From contig JBHGNT010000005.1 in NCBI GenBank assembly GCA_043228905.1, positions 18,662,001 to 18,726,000 of the forward strand: a stretch of DNA of 64,000 nt, read 5' to 3'. Position 1 is the first letter of the stretch. Every line of letters starts with the position of its first letter. Below, in pieces: positions 61,302 through 64,000 of this stretch. Source of the DNA: Azolla caroliniana (lineage: Eukaryota > Plantae > Polypodiophyta). The notes under the pieces were generated by a model. That model saw nothing but the letters and a program-made list of their open reading frames with translations. It was not told where the DNA came from and did no database searches. The translations under genes were made by a program, and so were the position numbers.

Positions 61302-61322
61302 CCCCCCCCCCCCCCCCCCCCC
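61302..61322 (+). repeat. Poly-C tract (~21 nt)
   Basis: Direct observation. Confidence 0.9.
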
Positions 61323-62190
61323 TTCTCCTCACCCTCCCTCCCTCGCACTTTAGATGAGATTAGTGTTATGTGCTCATTTGAAGCCAAGTGCTTGTTCATA
61401 TATTTTCTTGTCTTCTTTTGTAGTGTTTCTTAATCAATTGAATTGTGGTTTGCTTTTTCATATATATTTGGCAAGGAGAAAGAATCTTGTTTGGAAATAA
61501 GGATTTGCACTTAGTATGACACTATTAAAAGCATAACCTTATGGACCGATTCTATAGCTCATTGTATGGGTTAAGGGCACGATAGTTGAGAACCAATTAT
61601 CCTAGGAACGGGGACAAACCCATAAGGACCTATGAGACGTGTTGTCCTTAGAGCCTTAGGTGTTGAGCTAGATAAAGGGGACTACCTACCCCCTTTGTTA
61701 AGATATCTAGATAAGTTATCGAAACTCTATCGGTGAGACATATGGTAATATTTAGTGGTATGAGACATCAAGGCATTTTATATTTCTCTAATTTCCTTCA
61801 CTCAGCAGTGGTCAGTGTGGTTAAGCACCCTTAATCCATTCTTCTCCTTAATCTCTTTTATTTTGCTCATCATTAGTTCAATATGTAATGCACCTTGAGA
61901 CGACACACCATCAAGAAAATCCATAGTGCATAGACCTAGTTTTTCTTATAAAGTATGACATTCGAACAAGCCATAAAATACACAATTTTACATCAGTCAC
62001 CACGCCAAGGAAGTCCCATGAATTCATGAAATAAGAAAATCCAATCAAGTACTTAGGATAGGGAATCGAAGAAGCATTTGCTATTTAGTGGTTTGGGATT
62101 TTAGAAAGAAATTACAAAAGTTGAGTTTAAGTCTAGAGAAAAAATAACAATACATAAATAAACCAATTTGTTGTCTTGGTGATCTTGTAG

Positions 62191-62232
62191 ATATGTGTAC
62201 TTGGAGGAGGGACAATAGAAGTGTTTTACAAG
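62191..62232 (+). CDS. Possible downstream short exon
   Basis: TTGTAG acceptor and AAG|GTAACT donor, 14 open codons. No homology support. Confidence 0.3.
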
Positions 62233-64000
62233 GTAACTTGTTCTTTTGTGAATTTTTACCTTTTATTCATAGGTTGAAGTGATACACTAGCTTCATTATC
62301 AACTTAAGAAGAAATGAGGTTATGCACATTTAATTCCAACACAATTTCCTCAATATCTTAGGAACATACCAAATTATTTGTACAAATGCATGTCTTTGTA
62401 GTACAGTGTACCCGCTTATAAAGAGTACTTGGAATTCTAATTTTAAATATCCCAAAATTACCTTTACAAAAAGAGCAATGAACATGGAGAATAATTTATG
62501 CATCTTCCCTAGAAGCGGAACTCGCTAATATGAAACTTAAAAGGAAATCAAGTAATATTATCCTTCATACATTGTCTTACTTTTAACTTGCTTCATGGCG
62601 ACATTGATTATAGAAGAACTCAAAGTGGAAACATCATCTCTAAATTCTTTTCTTTTCTGGTATAATAATGTATATATATAGTTTCCTTGAGAAGTAGTTC
62701 GACAACATTCTCGGAGACTAGTTTTGTATCGACAATGTTACTTAGCTTTATGTTAGCAAACTTTACATTAATCAGCCCAATTTAGCTTTGACCTCCTCAA
62801 ATAAAAGGTAGAACTGTGATAAGAATTATTTTATCAATTTTTGTAAACATCCTAAAATATATTTATTATGTAATCTTGCAAACAAGAACCTAGGAAAGGT
62901 AATGCATCAAGTTGTGCTTTGCACGTGAGGATGCTCTATTATTCAATGATTGAAGGATTCGAAGGGGCAATATTATTTACTATAAATTATGCAACTTCTC
63001 ATCTTGGACAATTTGCATAAATTATATTAGCCGCCATATGCACTTTGGCATTGTATATGTTGGTTGGGATGCTATTTGACAAATTTCTCTTTGCTTAATC
63101 TTGTATGAATAATATGGTTATAGCTTCAAGATATTTTTACTCAATTTAATTTTAAACTAGACCTTAGACACCTTGATGGATGAGAGAATTGCACATTTGG
63201 GCTGCATGTATTGGAACTAAATGTAATTAAAAAGAACTCCCTTCTAAATACGATTGTCATTAAAAATTAACATCATAAACAGAAAACGTAAATTTGGGAT
63301 ATAAGACCTAAATGTACACCCAAAACACTTGGCTTGAAGTGCTACTACATTATCTAACAAGCCCTTTAGTTTCATAACATTAATTATGGCATATAAAAAA
63401 CAAAAAACTATTGGAAGTATTCAAGACATGCACATTGTTTGCAATGACATTCAATATCATTATTAAAGAATTAAATATATTCAGCCTCAACGAATCAAAT
63501 TTCTAGAACTTTTTCATTCACGTTCTGTTAACTAATTCGTTATTATAATATGAAAAATGCCAAATTATACTTCTACGAAAACAACAAAGTGCATCTATAG
63601 ATTGGCCAAATGCGTCTATGCCATACACTCGTCAACTCCTAGATTTTTTCATGCCCCCACTTTTTCTCTACCAATAATTGCACAACATATAACTCTCACA
63701 CTTATAAAACGGTTCTAATCTGATAATTAAGGGGCATGTGTGATAGTATAACTAGGGGTGGAGCACATTGAATTGACGATGAGATTGAGAAATACATTGG
63801 CATAGTATCCCATCGAATGCACCACATGCAAGGTGTCACCTATTGTAGTGGTATCTATGAAGAAATGAGAGGATCAAGCATGTTGACTAATTTACAAGAC
63901 AAATATACCTTCTTGTTGACATATTATTCAATAGATGATGATTTGTTGGAAATTCAAGAGATAATATCTTTGGTTTCCCATCCCATTATGCACACGCTTA

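Noticed and set aside
59000-64000. Short ORFs and possible old repeats in the AT-rich tail
   Set aside because: No recognisable domains, termini or TSDs.

Overview
Eukaryotic plant nuclear DNA. The repeat lineages and the PLS-PPR relic suggest a seed-free plant such as a fern (inference). Bases 1-38,900 are a deep nest of LTR retrotransposons, reconstructed from LTRs, PBS/PPT and TSDs: copia RT > Arg-primed gypsy > iMet-primed chromovirus > Trp-primed gypsy > second chromovirus copy > very young copia. The same region also holds a gag-protease-only copia, a self-priming Tcn1/sushi-like fragment and two solo LTRs. Bases 39,600-52,300 contain a decayed hAT transposase, a hAT MITE, PPR pseudogene fragments and further copia/gypsy relics. 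From 52,429 there is one host gene, a probable plastid-targeted protein resembling Arabidopsis At4g38225, with TE-filled introns. The most notable signal is a gypsy lineage with TGTCG...CGACA LTRs, an 18-nt tRNA-Trp PBS, almost no leader before gag, 4-bp CG-centred target sites at all four insertions, and a GGAUUUU-UAG plus hairpin -1 frameshift signal after the protease. Also notable are a Tf1-type self-priming signal and covarying hairpin arrays in a copia LTR. Coordinates were counted by eye and no searches were run.
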